Assembly (NCBI GenBank): GCA_030770535.1
Contig: JASVEC010000011.1
Location: 1,302,001-1,366,000 of the forward strand
Origin: Batkoa obscura
Lineage: Eukaryota
Length of the DNA: 64,000 nt
Direction of reading: 5' to 3'
The notes under the pieces were generated by a model that worked only from the letters and a program-made list of their open reading frames with translations, did not search any database and had not been told where the DNA came from. The translations under genes and the position numbers were made by a program. Below are positions 62,708-64,000 of the stretch, one piece after another; within the stretch, counting starts at the first letter, position 1, and every line of letters begins with the position of its first letter.

Positions 62708-63790
62708 ATTTTTTCACTTTTTAAATGTACAATTTGGAGAAAGCGTTAGTAAAAGTTTGAGTAAAAAACACGATATATGATTTATAATAAATGATAGTTT
62801 ACATCTGTTATTTTCATATAGAATAAAGACTTAACCTTTTTTAGATATTCTTACTTTACTAAAATACTTATAATCTTTTTTAATATATAATAGACTATTT
62901 TCAAGTTTTTATTATTATATACTTTTAGCAAGGTTCTTATTTCAATATCATTTATCTTCAAATTTATGTAATATTCATATCTTTTTTATGTTTATCTTAA
63001 ATCATATTGTTGTTTTTAATTATGAAATTAAAGCTGCATAGATTTTTATCAATGAAAAAAGTACAATAATAGCAACGAATTATTAAAATCATTTATAATG
63101 TAGCAATAATTTTACATGAATCTTATAAAAAAATTAAACAATTTACAAAATTGAAACGCTAATGCTTTTTTAGGTATTAAAATTTAATAATAATGATTGA
63201 AGTGACATAAGAACTTATCACAAATTTATAATTCGAACTATAGCACTAAAAGAACAATACTATATAAAATTGAATATCAAAATCTTTGACTTATTTTTTA
63301 AAATAATGCTATTACTATTGCTTTTCGCAAATTTTTTAATATAAAAATCTGAGGCTATAAGACCAAGAGTTCAATATGATGGGTATATAATCATAGAGGA
63401 TGAGCTATATTATTTAGATGAATTTAGTCATGTACCGAATATAAAAATTGATATGATTAATAATCATTTATATAAATTAAGTTAAAAAAAAATTAGTCAA
63501 TAATATAGCTGAATGAGGTAAATATATAATACACTTAATACACTGAAAATGATACCAAATTCAGAGATTTTTTATATTAAGAATGAAAAATAGTTTACTT
63601 CTAGAATAATCTTAATGATTATAATAGCAACTTTTAATTATTTCGATATTAAAAAAATGAATGATATGAGGAATATATAATTAAATAATTTTATTATATA
63701 GATAATAGTTTTGTTTTTAATAAAAGTGGTTTTACATATCATCATATGCTTGATATTTTACAAGATAATGAAAATTTAAACAAATTTTAT

Positions 63791-63889
63791 GTGGATGTAT
63801 TTTTTTGTTTAAGAATTTTACTAACAATCTTTCCGCTGAAATAACGCTTAAAAAATGGAAAAAGTAATGAAGCCAAAAAAAACACCCCC
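63791..63889 (+). mobile_element. MITE family A copy
   Basis: consensus match; flanks TTAT/ATAT (one mismatch). Confidence 0.88.
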
Positions 63890-64000
63890 ATATAACTAAT
63901 ATATTTTATTATTTAGAATCTTTAGTAACCTTGTTACTAAGTATCGTTTAACATTCAAGCCAAAGAATTAATACTAATTTATGGGCCAAACAAAGGTTAT

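Noticed and set aside
63000..63780. AT-rich coding-like remnant faintly resembling 38850-39000
   Set aside because: Similarity is too weak to separate from compositional bias by eye.
4781..63889. The ~98-bp repeat as a CRISPR array or structured ncRNA family
   Set aside because: Copies are dispersed in both orientations with TIRs, TSDs and empty sites; there are no regular spacers or cas genes, and the context is eukaryotic.

Overview
Very AT-rich eukaryotic DNA with short GT-AG introns and Zn2Cys6 genes, so fungal. An early-diverging (Entomophthorales-like) lineage is my inference only. Conserved genes are POL3, TRM44, DPH3, a J-domain protein, TspO, a Dal5/Tna1-type MFS transporter and a histidine acid phosphatase. 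They sit among a fast-turnover compartment with six intronless paralogous Zn2Cys6 regulators (two disrupted), two gene/pseudogene tandem pairs, dead secreted GH25 and CAP genes and two related 8-Cys secreted peptides. Three repeat families were read directly from the sequence: (1) about 19 copies of a ~98-bp GGGG...CCCC MITE with 4-bp AT-rich target-site duplications, two confirmed by empty sites inside this window; (2) four TGTGAAA...TTTCACA solo-LTR-like elements, two heavily C->T/G->A mutated in a RIP-like way; (3) one 189-bp TA-flanked MITE. No rRNA, tRNA or CRISPR was recognised. Coordinates of spliced genes and repeats were counted by hand and may be off by a few bases.
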